From positions 2,544,001-2,608,000 of the forward strand of contig CM052816.1 in the NCBI GenBank assembly GCA_028534125.1: a stretch of DNA of 64,000 nucleotides. Direction: 5' to 3'. Both the position numbers and the translations under genes were made by a program. Numbering within the stretch: position 1 is the stretch's first letter; each line of letters begins with the position of its first letter. The notes beneath the pieces are model-generated. The model was not told where the DNA came from. It was given only the letters and a program-made list of their open reading frames with translations, and did not search any database. The stretch comes from Lama glama. Lineage: Eukaryota. Below, one piece after another: positions 1 through 12,797 of the stretch.

Positions 1-39
1 ATCCATAGAGGATCGATAAAAGGGTAATAATAATAATAA

Positions 40-420
40 GGCACAGCCAATATGATGAAACACCATACAGCCCTTAAAAAGAATGACCTAAGTCTGGAAG
101 TCTACCCTGAAAGAAATGTACCCAGAATATACTTTTAAATGAACAAATTGAGATGTAGGATAATATGTACTTAAGATACATTTTTTTTTGTACCATACTC
201 TCACCCTCAAACGAGATGACTAACACAGATCGTAAAATCTCAAATCTGTGGTTCTTGAATTAGTAGAAGAAATTCTACACAGACAACTGTTAAGCCATGT
301 AACGGTTACTCTTGCGAGTGAGACGAGACAGGAGAAAAGGAGAGAGTTCTACTTTTCACTTTACATCCCTCTTCATTAGTGAGATGTTTATAAACAGCAT
401 CTATTATGTTTATAATTTTT
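40..420 (+). mobile_element. Ancient L1 (L1ME-like) 3' region fragment
   Basis: Degenerate L1 3' motifs (caccatacagcccttaaaaagaatga; gaaatgtacccagaatatactttt); AT-rich; no ORF. Confidence 0.55.
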
Positions 421-1644
421 AAAAGAGAGGAAAACTATTTGGCAGTCACACTCCCTCCTCCACACACGCTGCCTTCCAACCCAAATGTTAATCTGGCTGT
501 TTTAAAAAAGAAAATTATGGACGCTCTACTGGCTGGATTTCTCTGCAGATCAAAAAAACACTCTGCATCTTTTCCATTCAGCATTCCATTAACGCGTAAC
601 AGAGCCAAGTCCTGTGTGTGGGAAAGTGTGTCTTTATGTGTGTGGATCCTGTTGTAGTTACAACGGCCCCTCCCTTTGGTAACAATTTAACACCCACATG
701 CATCCTCAGGAAGGTCAAAAGGGAAAGGCAAGAATGAAAAAACATGTTTAAGAAATGTGAACCAGCTCCCACTTCCAAACTTCTTTTCCCTCCCGTTAGA
801 AAACATCATACATGTTTCCATGAGTATCTGGTGGCTTTAATAAAACGAGTGGTGATATCGTCCGGAGCAAAGGTGGGACGTTGGCAGCACACTTCCCATC
901 GGAAATGAGGCGCTGTGCTGGGAATAACACTGGATTTTACAACATAAATTTAAAAGTCATCATGCTGAATTATGTATCCCTTTCCTAATTCCTACCAGAG
1001 TCTTGTGGCCATTCTGAAATGTTAGAGTCCGAGAGAAAGAAAAATCATGGAATTTCTATATTCAGGGAAAACCAGCACTTTCTCAGATGATTAAAAAAAA
1101 AAAGAATCAAAATTCCATTCACAAAAGAGAAAGTAGGTAATTTCCTGTAATTTTATATTTGAAACTTCAGCTTGAGTCTTCAGTAGACTTAAGTGGCAAA
1201 GCACAGATTCTAACCACCAGCAGGTTTTAAGGTCTTCCAGTCAAGGAAAGAAGCTTCAGGGATTCATGATGAGATCTGGGAGGTATTCCTGAATGTGCTA
1301 GGGTACAAGGCTTTCAGTTACCCTGTTTTGATCATCTCTCTCCCTCTGAAGGAATGAACAGGTAAGTAAAATACAATTGTGTACAATATACAGTTTAACT
1401 TCAGAATCCTTAGACAACATAAATTTAATACTAGCTTTACCCTCGAGTGCCTGTGTATCCTCAAGCGTGTTACTAAATCTTTCTGTGCCATAGTCTTACG
1501 ATCCCTTAAAATATGAATAAAAATACTTGCCAATCTGGTAGAGCTGTTACAGTGATAAGTGAAAGGATATAAAATAAAGCATTTTTTAAAATCAAGGGAC
1601 TACTAATAGAAGAGACACAGTGTAAACAGAAACCATACAAACTA

Positions 1645-1720
1645 AAACTGAACTGTGTTAGTTAACTTCTACAAGCTTGTTTCTTCATCTGTGAAATGGG
1701 AGGATCAGCTAAGGAGTACA
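1645..1720 (+). mobile_element. MIR fragment
   Basis: MIR core ttcttcatctgtgaaatggg. Confidence 0.6.
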
Positions 1721-2427
1721 TCAACACATACTCAGTGGCCTCAGCTTGCCCGGTGCTGTTTTAGCTGCTGAGGATAACTCCCCTGTTCCACCTACCCACA
1801 GGCTTACTATAGTATCAACAAATCAATGTCCATAAGACATTTTAAAACCGTGAAGTGTTGTGCCCTCGTGCAAGACTATCCGCATTTATTTTTTTGCCAC
1901 TCGTTGAAAAATCTATTTATTGAGTCCGTGCTAGTTAAAAGCAACGAATCAGACAAATTCCATCCCTGAGAGCTTAAAGTCTACTGTGGTCGCTGACTAT
2001 TCTGACAGAGCTACAATTGTCTTTAAAAAGTAAAATGACACCATCATTACATGAGAGTGACAGCCCAGCTTTCTGAGCGGCTGTAGAGAAATGTGCGGCT
2101 CAGGGAGGATGCCTGCAGAAGTCCGATCCGGTCTGACCTGATGCCGCTGAAGAGGGAGCTGTCAACCCCCTGGTACATCATCCATTCGACAGGCACCACC
2201 GAGCACATACTGTGTGCTGGCCCCGTGCTGCCCACTGCCATGGGACATATTCTCTAAGAAAACACACATGGCGTTTGCCCACAAGGATGTTAAACCATGT
2301 GTTTTCTCCCAGTGCTTCCAAGCACAGGGTTTTTTTTTTTTAATCTGGACTTATAAAATACCACTCCTCTAGGTGGGTAGGCTCTGTGAGGTGCGGATAA
2401 ACCAGCTCCGAGGGGAAGGGAAAGAAG

Positions 2428-2586
2428 CAGCCCGAATCTGTGACATTTACCAATTTCCATGGTGTAAATATTCCCACTACAGATGATTTCAAGCTAACAG
2501 GGGTTTGACTACAGGCTCGAAAAACTTCTGAATACTTAGTCACTGGTTTCTACAAGTTGCTATGAGCCGGCTCTAGCACGCTACCG
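2428..2586 (-). mobile_element. hAT-Blackjack DNA transposon (MER63-like)
   Basis: ccaatttccatggtgtaaatattcccac...gatttcaagcta...gagccggctctagcac matches the recalled MER63 consensus in reverse. Confidence 0.7.
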
Positions 2587-3834
2587 GAAACCAAAGGGCT
2601 TTTGTTTCCTGATGAGCCTGAAAAAATGGCAACGTTTGTTAGATTCCTGCTGAGCATTCACCAAATTCCTCTTAATTTCAGTCTAAATTCTTCCTTGGGA
2701 AACTACACAGTCCTTTCAAGAGATTCTCCAAAATCCACAGAGCAATAGCCAGGGTGACTCCAGAGCAGCCCTTCACCCTGCAATCAGAAATGCCCAACTA
2801 GGCTGAATAGTGTTCTTTGCAATGTTGAAATACCATCTTACAAAACAAAAACAGAAAAATCTGCACATACATAACCCTTTCAACCTGAGGGCATGATTTC
2901 TCAGTTAAAAAAAAAAAAACAAACCCTCAAGTGGTTAGGCAATAAATAATATCAAGGGAGGTAAGAAAAAAGACAAACAAGGTCAAGAGAGACAGGGATC
3001 TTGTCCCTAACTAAGTCTTTCATTCCATAAACAGTTCTCACCACACCAAATACATGCTAGCTCAAGGGAACAAACTTTCCATACAAGTGTTGGGTGGGGC
3101 CCAAAGGTCCTGACCCAAGCAGAGAGCTATTTGCTAATTCATAAAAAGTACGCCAGACAAAAGTACATGCTCATTAAACTGTACTTAACACCAAGTACAA
3201 CTGATAAATATTTGTGGAGAAACTACAGAGGCAAGACAGTGCCCCTGAGAGGTCCAAAATTCATTCTCCACCCTCTAGAAATTTGCAGTCTAGGTGGACT
3301 GAGTTTATGGATACTTGCAAAAGGATGGCTTGAGGGAGCAAAATTAGGCACACCACAAACCAGTGGCTTTCATGTGACATGGTGGGGAAAGGCCAACGAA
3401 TTCTAAACCCCTCCAGGCTGCTTTCTAGACTGTGCACTATCTGGTCGACCTACTCGCTCGTACACCCTAATCCCTTCTTAAACTCTCCACTAGAGTCACA
3501 ATAAGCTTCTCTCCATTCCTCAAGCAAGGCCTGCTCTCTCCTGCCTAACGGGCCATCACATATCCTGTTCCTCCTTCTCGGAAAAGGCCCGATTACCACC
3601 ATTCCCCCTTTCCCACACCCCCGGCACATGGCTGTCTTGGAGTCGTATGTGAGATCTCAACCTAGCACTACTTTGTTGTTTTGTTCTGCTCTGTTTCTTC
3701 CAAAAAGCCTTTCCCGACCAGACAATCTGTGTTTGGTGTTCCCCCTTTGGATTGCAAAGTTCTGTATGAATATTACCATCGCTGGCTAGGTATCACACCT
3801 AACCCTCATTTCCTGTTTACTCGCGAGTTCATTT

Positions 3835-3960
3835 ATACCATAAACTGCGGTAAGTATTTTACATGCATTATTTAAGGCAATCCTTTTATGAGAGACCATT
3901 TTTACAGAAAAGGAAACTGGGGCTCAAAGAAGTTAAAGAATTAGTCTATGGTCACACTTC
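3835..3960 (-). mobile_element. MIR
   Basis: catttttacagaaaaggaaactggggctcaaagaagttaa...ggtcacac. Confidence 0.7.
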
Positions 3961-3963
3961 CAG

Positions 3964-4365
3964 TGTATCAGTCAAGATTCCTGGTTGCAGAACACAGAAG
4001 CCATTATGACTGGTTCAAGCAGGAAAGGTTTACTAAAAGATAGGATGTCACTTACAAAAACTCCTAGAGGGCCAGGGGACGGGGCTTGGGTACTCTAGCC
4101 AAGCATGAACACATCCAGGAGAAAGGCTCACTTGCACCGCAGCCTCCACTGCCCATCAACAGCATACCTGACTCTAGGGACTAGACACTGGAAATCTGGA
4201 AATGGCACCACAGCCGTATGAGTGGGATGGAAGCCTCCTTCACAAAGCAGATCTCTCCCTGTCCACGGCCGCCCCTCCCATTGCTCAGGACTGCCTCCAC
4301 GTCTTGCTTGGATGCTCCGACTGCAGCAGAGTCTGGGAAATGCCATTCTTAGTTTCCTGGCCTCT
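3964..4365. mobile_element. Old ERVL/MaLR LTR (LTR33/MLT1-like)
   Basis: Starts tgtatcagtcaagattcctggttgcag...acagaagcca...aagcaggaaagg; ends ctgggaaatgccattcttagtttcctggcctct. Confidence 0.55.
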
Positions 4366-4530
4366 ATAATAACAATGCCAAACTAGCTGGGCACTGGAAT
4401 GGGCACTGGGTACACTGTCTTAGAGTAACAGCTCTTTGCTTCACCCAGAGCATTGAAAGTGCTCGAGTTGAAACCCTGACTTCAAAGCACATGGACTGAA
4501 TCGCTACCCGACTCCACACTGGTAGATGTC

Positions 4531-5014
4531 TGTGTGGGGTGTGTTGGCCCAACTGACGTCCTTCAAAGTCCAATGACCCCCATTCCTGGGCTCTCAGATG
4601 TCTGCCTGCGGTCCCTCAACAGATGAAGTACAACCTTACTGGGTGTGTTTGCCCCCGGACAAATAGCCCCATGTAATGCCTAATGTCACAACAGCTCAGG
4701 CTGGCTTGTTTCAGCCCAGCTTATCAGAGTCAAAACCCCACCACCCTTCACAGACCCTAAACTCCTTACCTCACCTACAACCAAGCAGAGACTCGTGCAC
4801 AAGCCGATCAGGCACCTTGTGACCCGACTTTATAAAACACCCAACAGCCGGCCCTCGGTGCCCACACAGACACCTCTCCTCTGCGTGCCCGCCGTGGTCT
4901 ATGGCAGCATGACCTAATAAAGTCCTTTTCTATCCTATACTTTATCTCTGGTAAATTCGTTTACCAACCCGTGTATCACCATGTCACTGCCGGCCACCGC
5001 ATTGTGCCCACAAC
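4531..5014 (+). mobile_element. Endogenous retrovirus LTR followed by a degenerate primer-binding site
   Basis: Terminal inverted motif TGTGGG...CCCACA; TATAAAA 4831-4837; AATAAA 4916-4921; about 480 bp; GGTGCCGTG directly downstream resembles the tRNA-His PBS. Confidence 0.6.
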
Positions 5015-5329
5015 GGGGTGCCGTGGCCGTGTCTCCCAGTTCTGCTCAGGCTCACCAATCTTAGGATGTGTGGTTCTTCCAGGCTTACTAGCAGAGGAAC
5101 GCCTCGCTTTAGACCTTTGGACTCCTCAGAGCCCTCTTTAGCCTGCCCTGAGGAGGAACACACAACCTCTACTGAGTAATACAAGGTCAGGAGGAAGGAG
5201 TCGTCGCCCAGGACTCAGGTAGCCAGGAACGGCTTTGAGGAGGCACAGGAAATGATCAAGAAAAATGGCTGGAGTGAAAATGAACAAAGGTCATTGACAG
5301 TGGCTACAACTCATTGGCTGGGCAACTGA

Positions 5330-5480
5330 TATGTATTAACTCTGATTCCCCCAGCATCCCTGCAAGGGAAACAGTATTACCCCATTTTATAGATGAAGGA
5401 GACATCTGATCGAGGTCACATGGCCAGTAAGCACCAGAGGCAAGACTGGAAGGCAAGTCTCTCTGTTCCTAAGACTATGC
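5330..5480 (-). mobile_element. MIR
   Basis: cagtattaccccattttatagatgaagg...ggtcacatggccagtaag. Confidence 0.7.
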
Positions 5481-5499
5481 TTTCCTGGCTGTTGACAGT

Positions 5500-5730
5500 G
5501 ACAAAGAGCACGTGCTCTTTGAGTCAGCCTCAAGGATATATATCCCAGCTGACCAGCTGTGTGGTCGTGGTTAATTCATTTAAGCTTGCTGGGCCTTGAC
5601 TGCCTCATCCACAAAATGGGAACAGCTGTATCTACCCAATGGGGTTGGTGAGCCAATCAGTAGACATTGTCTCATATAAAGTGTCTGCCCTGTAATCAGT
5701 GCTGAATAAGACATTAGCTGCCAAAACTCT
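5500..5730 (+). mobile_element. MIR
   Basis: ctgtgtggtcgtggttaattcatttaa...cctcatccacaaaatggg. Confidence 0.6.
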
Positions 5731-6510
5731 TACTGCTACTCTGCTATCATTCTCACCACCCTGTGCTGCTGCCTCCCTGAAAAAACAATATCCTAGGAGA
5801 GCAAACTGTATGATGAATAAAAACGCCAGAGACGTGCATTCGCATGGCACATTCGTGGAGCCATGAGATCCTCCCTCTTCCTGGAGTGGAGAGTTCCTGC
5901 AAGGGAGCAGTGGGTGACAAGGCTGCAGGTGGATGCAGAGCTGCACTGCACTGAAAGCTTTGAATTCCCTGGGAGACGGGCTCAATTGGGCCCAGGCAGA
6001 GACCTGCCTTCGGGGTGGTAGTCACAGAACTATTCGCAGCCGCTGTGCCTCACATCCTCGCCCCAGCACAAAAGGGGAGGATGAGTGACACCTCAAACAA
6101 CTTTGGAGAGTCTAACAACAATTTTCAACTTCAAACAGGCCACACATAAAAGTTGAAGACTTTTGCTACAAACCCAACCACTGGGAAATCACTGCCTGGC
6201 TGACATTAATTCCCCAGTCACCGTGAGGCTCTTACGGAAAATGCAACTTTTTTTATTCCAAGTCCTTTAACATTTCAATCTAGGGCATGGGCAATGTGGA
6301 GCAAATCCAGGTCAGGTCCTGCTTTAATCGCCAAACTGAGTATCAGTATTAACTCCACAAGGAATTAAAGCCCAGAGGGGAGGGGAGGGAGCAAGGAAGG
6401 GCAGCAGGAAATTGTTTAGATCCTGCTAGAGTATGCTTTCTCTATGTTATCATCAATACACAACGGGTCACTATTATCATTGTTGGTATTGTGGCTTTTT
6501 TAAAATTTTT

Positions 6511-7062
6511 TTTAACTTTTTTTATTGAGTTATAGTTATTTTACAATGTGTCAAATTCCAGTGTAGAGCAGTTATACATGAACATACTTATATTCATGGT
6601 CACATATTTTGTCGCTGTGAGCTACCATAAGATCTCGCATATATTTCCCTGTGCTATACAGTATAATCTTGTTTATCTATTCTACATTTTGAAATCCCAT
6701 TCTATCCCTTCCCACCCTCCGCCCCTTAGGCAACCACAAGTTTGTATTCTATGTCTATGAATCTGTTTCTGTTTTGTATTTATTTATTTTTCCACATATG
6801 AGCTATCTCATATGGTATCTTTCTTTCTCTTTCTGGCTTACTTCACTTAGAATGACATTCTCCAGGAACATCCATGTTGCTGCAAATAGCGTTATATTGT
6901 CAGTTTTTATGGCTGAATAGTATTCCATTGTATAAATATACCACTTCTTTATCCAGTCATCTGTTGATGGACATTTAGGCTGTTTCCATGTCTTGGCTAT
7001 TGTAAATAGTGCTGCTATGAGCACTGGGGTGCAGGTGTCATTTTGAAGTAGGAACCCTACTT
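6511..7062 (-). mobile_element. Young 5'-truncated L1 (ORF2 C-terminus plus 3'UTR) with a 12-bp 5' micro-inversion
   Basis: Poly-T tail at left; minus frame CTPVLIAALFTIAKTWKQPKCPSTDDWIKKWYIYTMEYYSAIK is the L1 ORF2 C-terminus; imperfect TSD cttttttaaaattttt (6495-6510) / cttttttttttttaattttt (7060-7079). Confidence 0.92.
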
Positions 7063-7639
7063 TTTTTTTTTTAATTTTTAACCCCACATTGCATTTTGAT
7101 AGCATTTTGGAATCTATACAGCTGATTCGTGTATGTTATCTTCTCTGATTTAATTTGATTTGTGAGGGTGAGAGAATTCAGTTTCAGAATAACAAGGTGA
7201 GGAACAGAAGGAGCCTCTGAGATCATTCTAGTTTTGTTTCAGCATGAGCCAGCTCAGGAAGACAGCGTTGATCACGGCCCCACTGCCAGATCATGCCAGA
7301 ATCTAGAATAGCTTCCAGATCACCAGAGTTCTACACTCAAAAATTGAAACCATTCACTGTGTATCAATTATTGCAATAGTATGTGGCTCTGGGGCCGGGG
7401 ACAAAGACAAAATCCTGCTTTTGGAGGAGACTTCAGTCTAGTGGGAAAGTAATCAGCTACCTAAGTAGTTATACAGCACCAGAGACCAGATGAGGCGCAG
7501 TTCACTGCAGACTGAGACAGAAATATCAGTGCTCCGGGTTTCAGACTGGTACAAAAATTTTCAAGAAACAGATAGTTTCAGTGTTTTAGATAAACATGGC
7601 ATAGCCCCATTTAAAAAAAAAACACATCAGGTAGAAAAG

Positions 7640-8150
7640 TAGGGGAAAAAAATGTAGAATTTACTCAGAAGCCACTACTCAAAGATAAAATAATATTAAA
7701 ATCCTACTTAACATCCTTCCAGGCATCTCTCGGTGGCCGTCTGATTTTGCACAGCTAAGAACTACAGGTACAGCTGTGGGTACAGATACTCACATAGGCG
7801 GTCACACTATACGTGCTGATTTGTGGACTCACTTTTTATTTCACCACGTGACATGGACAAATGTTAGTATCGATAAAAGAGCACACCTTTTTTAGAGGCT
7901 GACTCCTATGTCATTCTGTGGATGTATCATATTTAACCAGTACACTTTCAATGGTCATCTAGGTGCTCTGTAATCATTTGGTATTAAAAAAAAATGGTGT
8001 AATGTGGATTCTTACGAGTGTATCTTGCATACTCAGGTGAATACCTCCTTAGGATAAATTCATAGAGATAGGATTGCTCTGGATGGTCCACATTGATCTA
8101 TGGTACATGCTGCTGAATTGCCAGAAGGGTTACTTTTCCAATTTTAAGTT
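7640..8150 (-). mobile_element. Ancient L1 (L1ME-like) 3' fragment
   Basis: tgtggatgtatcatatttaaccag...ttcaatggtcatctaggt...ttaggataaattcatagagataggattgct. Confidence 0.65.
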
Positions 8151-9639
8151 CTAGACACCCAGTTGTGATGGAGCCCTCCCTGCCTTTTGGCTCACGGTTA
8201 GCTCCCCTGATTCTGCGAGAAAGACCAAGGTAGGGAGAATGTGGAATGGGAAGTGCATCATGGTCTTACGTAAGCCACACATCGTTCTCGAGAAGCTGGG
8301 ATCAACCTGTCCCCTTCCTGTATGACGACTAGGAAGCTCAGAAGCTGGGTACATTTCTCAAAGAAAGAGACAAGTCCAGCACTCAAACCTGGGCATTCAC
8401 AGGGCCACAAAATGTCCTGCACACCTGCAGGATGAGTAATGAAAGTGGAAAGATGACAAGCTTCATCTACTTTGACTGTTTGCTCTCAGCTCCACCGTCC
8501 CTTTGTCTCATTCCTATAACACTCATTAGAAACCAGTACGAAGGATGGGGGCTGGGCCAACCCTCCCTCCACAAACGTCAGCACCTGCTCGGGGCTCCTA
8601 GGTTTGACCTTTATCTTCCCCACAGGGCTGACTTTTTCATGAGTTTAGGTCTGAGAAACAAGTGAGTTTCCTGCTTCACCAGGATCTTAAAATAGGAAAG
8701 ATCAGCCAGAAGCTATGAGGGGAAGCTGGCCAAAGTGTATGTTTGCTGGAAATAAAACTGGGAGGCCCTCCACGGCCAAGGGGAATGGACTCGGGGGCAT
8801 TCCTCCACCATCTGTTTCAGTCCCCAATGTGCCTTGATAGATGGGTTTCACTGATTACCCATTCCTCACCTCATCTCTCTCCCTGGGCTCTGTTCCTTGA
8901 AATACGGTTCTCCCATTTGAATAGCAATGACTAAAAGCATTGGAACTTACTTAAATACATTCTCAAGGCATTAAATTGGGAACACACAATTCAGCAATGT
9001 ACCAGTTGCCAAAGTCTAGTAAAAGTTGAAGTGATTAAAACAATTTAATGCATGAAACACACATTCAGGAAGGCAGAGAGTCTAAGTTTTCCAGTGCAAT
9101 GTCAGCCCGGTGGTTGATATTTCAGAAGAAGTGGGTGGAGGCCGTTGCCAAGAGAAAGTGAAATAACTGATGAAGACCCAAAGGAAAATGCCCTTGATCT
9201 TGAAGTTATTACTGCATTTCACAAAATACCTTAAAAGTCAATGACAGACTATAAAGTCAGAAAGTCAATTGGATTTTTTTCCCCAGTTTGGATACAATTC
9301 CAATATGTGCATATAAACATGTCAGACAATCCTCTTGGAAAAAAAGACAAAACCATAGCTTGGGGTCTGGGTCGTGTTTTCAAATAGCCTTATTATTCCT
9401 GTTACGAAGTGGACACTCAGGTATTTGGCTCAGGACTTTAATCCACACCCAAGTGACTGTGTGATTTATAACTTGCCATCTACATTCTCATAGCTGTTTG
9501 GTCAGTTTTAAAGCCTTAAACCAGGCTTGTTTACTCCAACAGGAAAAGAAAAATACACACACACACTCAGCAAACTCATGTCATAGACTAACCAACATCT
9601 CAAAGTGGCTTTGCCCTGGAGCCAGTCTCCTTACAGCTC

Positions 9640-9812
9640 CTACCCCGCCCCACCCCACTGCCCTCCTGCCTTCTTTCCTTCTTTGCTCTCTCTCTCTTCC
9701 TTTTTTTTCCCCTCTCTCTTCTTTCTTTTTTGCTTCCTTCCCTTTATTTTTCTTCTTCTTTTGGCTCTTTCCTTCTCCTGCCCTTCTGTTTCTCCTCCTC
9801 TCTTTTCCTTTT
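9640..9812 (+). repeat. Polypyrimidine (CT-rich) low-complexity tract
   Basis: About 170 bp, almost entirely C/T. Confidence 0.9.
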
Positions 9813-10269
9813 GATATCCAAATCAGAGAAATAAATGATTGACCTCATCTTGCCTTATTCCAAATGATTTTACCTCTTTTGTTTTGTAAATAATGCTGAA
9901 TATCTTGGAGAAAATGCTTCCTGTTTGACGATACTGATTCTGATGCTTTCGGCTTCTTGTTAGGCCAGAATTAGCTCCTCAACAGCTGAAACCACAGGGC
10001 ATCAAGAAGCCCAAAACTGAAATTAAACTCTTGTGTATTTCTCCAAACAGAAAAAAAAGTCCAATCGTTTAGATATAAATAAAAAAGGACTTATTAAGCT
10101 CCCAGGATGATGGGCCTAGTAACTCATGCTGGGGTTACACCCATGGGCAAGGCAGAGATGACTCCTGACTTCACTGAGCTTAGAATCCAGTTGATCAATA
10201 CTTTCCCTGAGAATCAGTGATGTGGATATGGTCTGTTACAACCTCAGACATTTATTTTTCCCTGTATGC

Positions 10270-10718
10270 CACCACAGGGCCCACAGGGATTGACACCATC
10301 TGTAGCTTAAGAGGGCAGACCCTGTTTGGCCTAAATCAATGCCTACCTCACTCCTATTACTACAGTTATTGTATCAGAGAAGGGCACGTGAACTGTGTTG
10401 TTCCAGTTAGACTGAGGACTCTCCGTTAATGACTGAGGAAGGAGAACTAATTCCCCTCTCTTTCTGTCCCCCTTCACTGCCCCCTGCCCAACTCCTGCTG
10501 GACATGAATGAGGAAGCCACCAGCCATCTTATGGCCATGAAGTGGCAGACCTACGGGGAACATGGAAAGCAAAATAACAGAAGAAATTAGGTCCTTGAGA
10601 ACATGAGTAAGCTACTGGATCAAACCCCACCTGAAGGTCCTTGACTTTTAACTACTCCCCATCCCAGTTATAGTTGGATTTTCATACGACTTAGAGATAC
10701 AAGAATACCAATACACAC
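10270..10718 (+). mobile_element. MaLR LTR (old MLT1J/K/L-like)
   Basis: cagccatcttatggccatgaag...ggtccttgagaacatgagtaagctactggatcaaacc...ccaataca end. Confidence 0.6.
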
Positions 10719-11580
10719 AGTGATGTCTTATTTATTCAATAACTTTGAGAAATAAAATACTGTCTTCACATAAATGTTCCACCTGATTGAAACCTGACAC
10801 ATTATATATCAAGTCTATTTGATTTAAACTGCTTTTGATGGGAATTATTATGAATTATTTTATACATCTCAGTACCTTAAGAATTACACCAAACAGAGGG
10901 TGTGCTAGTGCTCTTACAACACTAAACATCTCCACGTTCCCATGATGCTGCAACCCTCCACAAACTACTGGTGTAGACTGGATGGCTGTCCACATGCTAA
11001 GTATTTCTGAATACTGTCCTTTTTAAAAAGCTGCTTTCTATAATTTTGCAGTTATCAATCATAATTTCCAGCTTCTGTTCTGTGTGAAGAGCACCATGCC
11101 AGTCTGGAATAGCTTTCCTTCCCTGTAATTTATTGCTTATAAATCTGTTATAAGCTAGGAAACCAAATAACCAAAACTGTTAGAGTTGTGGCTAAGAGTG
11201 AACGGACACTAAATACATGCCTTGAGGGTTGTGGGGAACAACCTGCTGTAAATCACTGGTTCCTAATCCTGTTGCTGGAACTCTAAGGTTCCACATGAAA
11301 ACCTCAGAAGCCCCAGAGAGGGGATAAGAAGTCATATGGCTGTGAAGTCTTGGAACTCCCAAACCCTGCACCAATCAGTACATCTCCATTTTTACATGTT
11401 ATAAAACAGATAAATAGGGTTCTGGGAAAGACTTTGGGGGAAAAAAGAAGGATTCAACTGTTTAGGAACAAAAATGAAAGCTTCCTGTATACCAGTTTAT
11501 ATGACAGATGACCCTTCTACTTGTTCTTGACAGGTAAAACACTTTCTACAGTAGATAAAGTCTTATATGTGGAAACTTAC

Positions 11581-11791
11581 CTGGACAGTTCCAATGAGGG
11601 CAAGAGATATAAGGATTACAACCTCTGCCTTGTTGACACCAATGGCTTAATTTAGCTTTACAAATATTGCTTATTCAAATCTCACCACAAAATTCATCTT
11701 CACAAGGTCAGTCTACCTACCTACCAATAGAACCTAAGCCTGTCTTGTTCCATTAAAACTAAGATGCCATCAGTTGTAACATATACCATTA
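11581..11791 (-). other. Candidate cryptic non-coding exon (211 nt)
   Basis: Minus strand: long pyrimidine tract plus ctacag acceptor at 11792-11793; consensus donor CAG|GTAAGT at 11581/11580. Confidence 0.3.
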
Positions 11792-11796
11792 CTGTA

Positions 11797-11983
11797 GGAG
11801 AAAAGAAGGGAGGGAGGGAGGGAGGGAGAGAGAAAGAAAGAGAAAAAGAAAAGAAAAGGAAAGGAAAGAGAAAAGAAATGAGAGGAGAGGAGAGGAGAGG
11901 AGAGGAGAGGAGAGGAGAGGAGAGGAGAGGAGAGAAGAGAAGAGAAGAGAAGAGAAGAGAAGAGAAGAAGAGGAGAGGAGAAA
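11797..11983 (+). repeat. Polypurine compound microsatellite (GGGA)n / (GGAGA)n / (AGAGA)n
   Basis: Visible tetramer and pentamer arrays, about 185 bp of nearly pure purine. Confidence 0.95.
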
Positions 11984-12797
11984 ATGGATGAACTGCAATT
12001 ATACCATAAACCACACTGCTTCACATGCAACAGTTCTGTGGCATCTTTGGCCCATTTCTACCTTGTTTTAGGCCCCAGAAACTCTCTGACTCTGCAGTGT
12101 GGAATACCAGCTTTGATACTTGCACACCTGCAACAAAAGATGGGCCAAGGTCACCTCTGTTGCCGTGGGGCAACCCACGACCAACAGTCAACAATGTCCT
12201 CAGGCAGGTGATTCTGAGCAACATTTCACACGAGTCTCCACAGAAAGTCCAGCCTGAATCACTAGTCACCTGCAGCTCTGGTCCTTCAACAACACCACTT
12301 TGCACTGACATTCTCTCCTTCCCTGTTCACTCGCCCACTGCTGCCCTTGGAGACCCACTTCCTCAGCTGCTACAAAAAGCAATCCTCAGGTATGCACTAT
12401 GACTAAGAAGACACAACCCAATTTCTGAGACGTTAAGTTGTGAAAATATTTTCTTCTTAGAATCCACTTTCCTGCCTTCTTTTGGATCCCTTAAGTATGT
12501 TTATATTCAATATTTTCTCCTCTAGTAGCTTTTTAGTTATATATTCTATTATTTTTAGTAATAGTTCTAAAGATTTCAGTACGTAACCCTGAATTTAAGA
12601 GTCTATTGCTAAGTTAGTACTTTTTCCACTTCCTGAATAACAAAAGAAATATTAGTTTCATTACTTTTTTTTTTTGCTTTCATGCTTTGTGCAATTGTCA
12701 TATTTTACTTCTATGAAGTCATAAACTCTGCAAGACAGTTTTATTATTGTTGCTTTAAATAGGATAGTATCTGTTTCTATTCATCTATTTACTGTTT

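Noticed and set aside
1318..1367. Plus-strand consensus donor CAG|GTAAGT with a possible 10-nt microexon (1352-1361)
   Set aside because: One such 9-mer is plausible by chance; the length is not frame-preserving and I found no partner exons.
5330..5730. Inverted MIR pair (also an inverted L2 pair at 39290-40010) as dsRNA substrates
   Set aside because: The copies are too diverged for stable long duplexes, and the arrangement is common.
6803..7105. 100-aa ORF with protein-like sequence, and the related ORF at 13172-13357
   Set aside because: These are L1 ORF2 C-terminal remnants in truncated insertions, not host genes.
11721..12030. Stacked ORFs rich in S/L/P/F or E/R/G
   Set aside because: Translation of the microsatellite.
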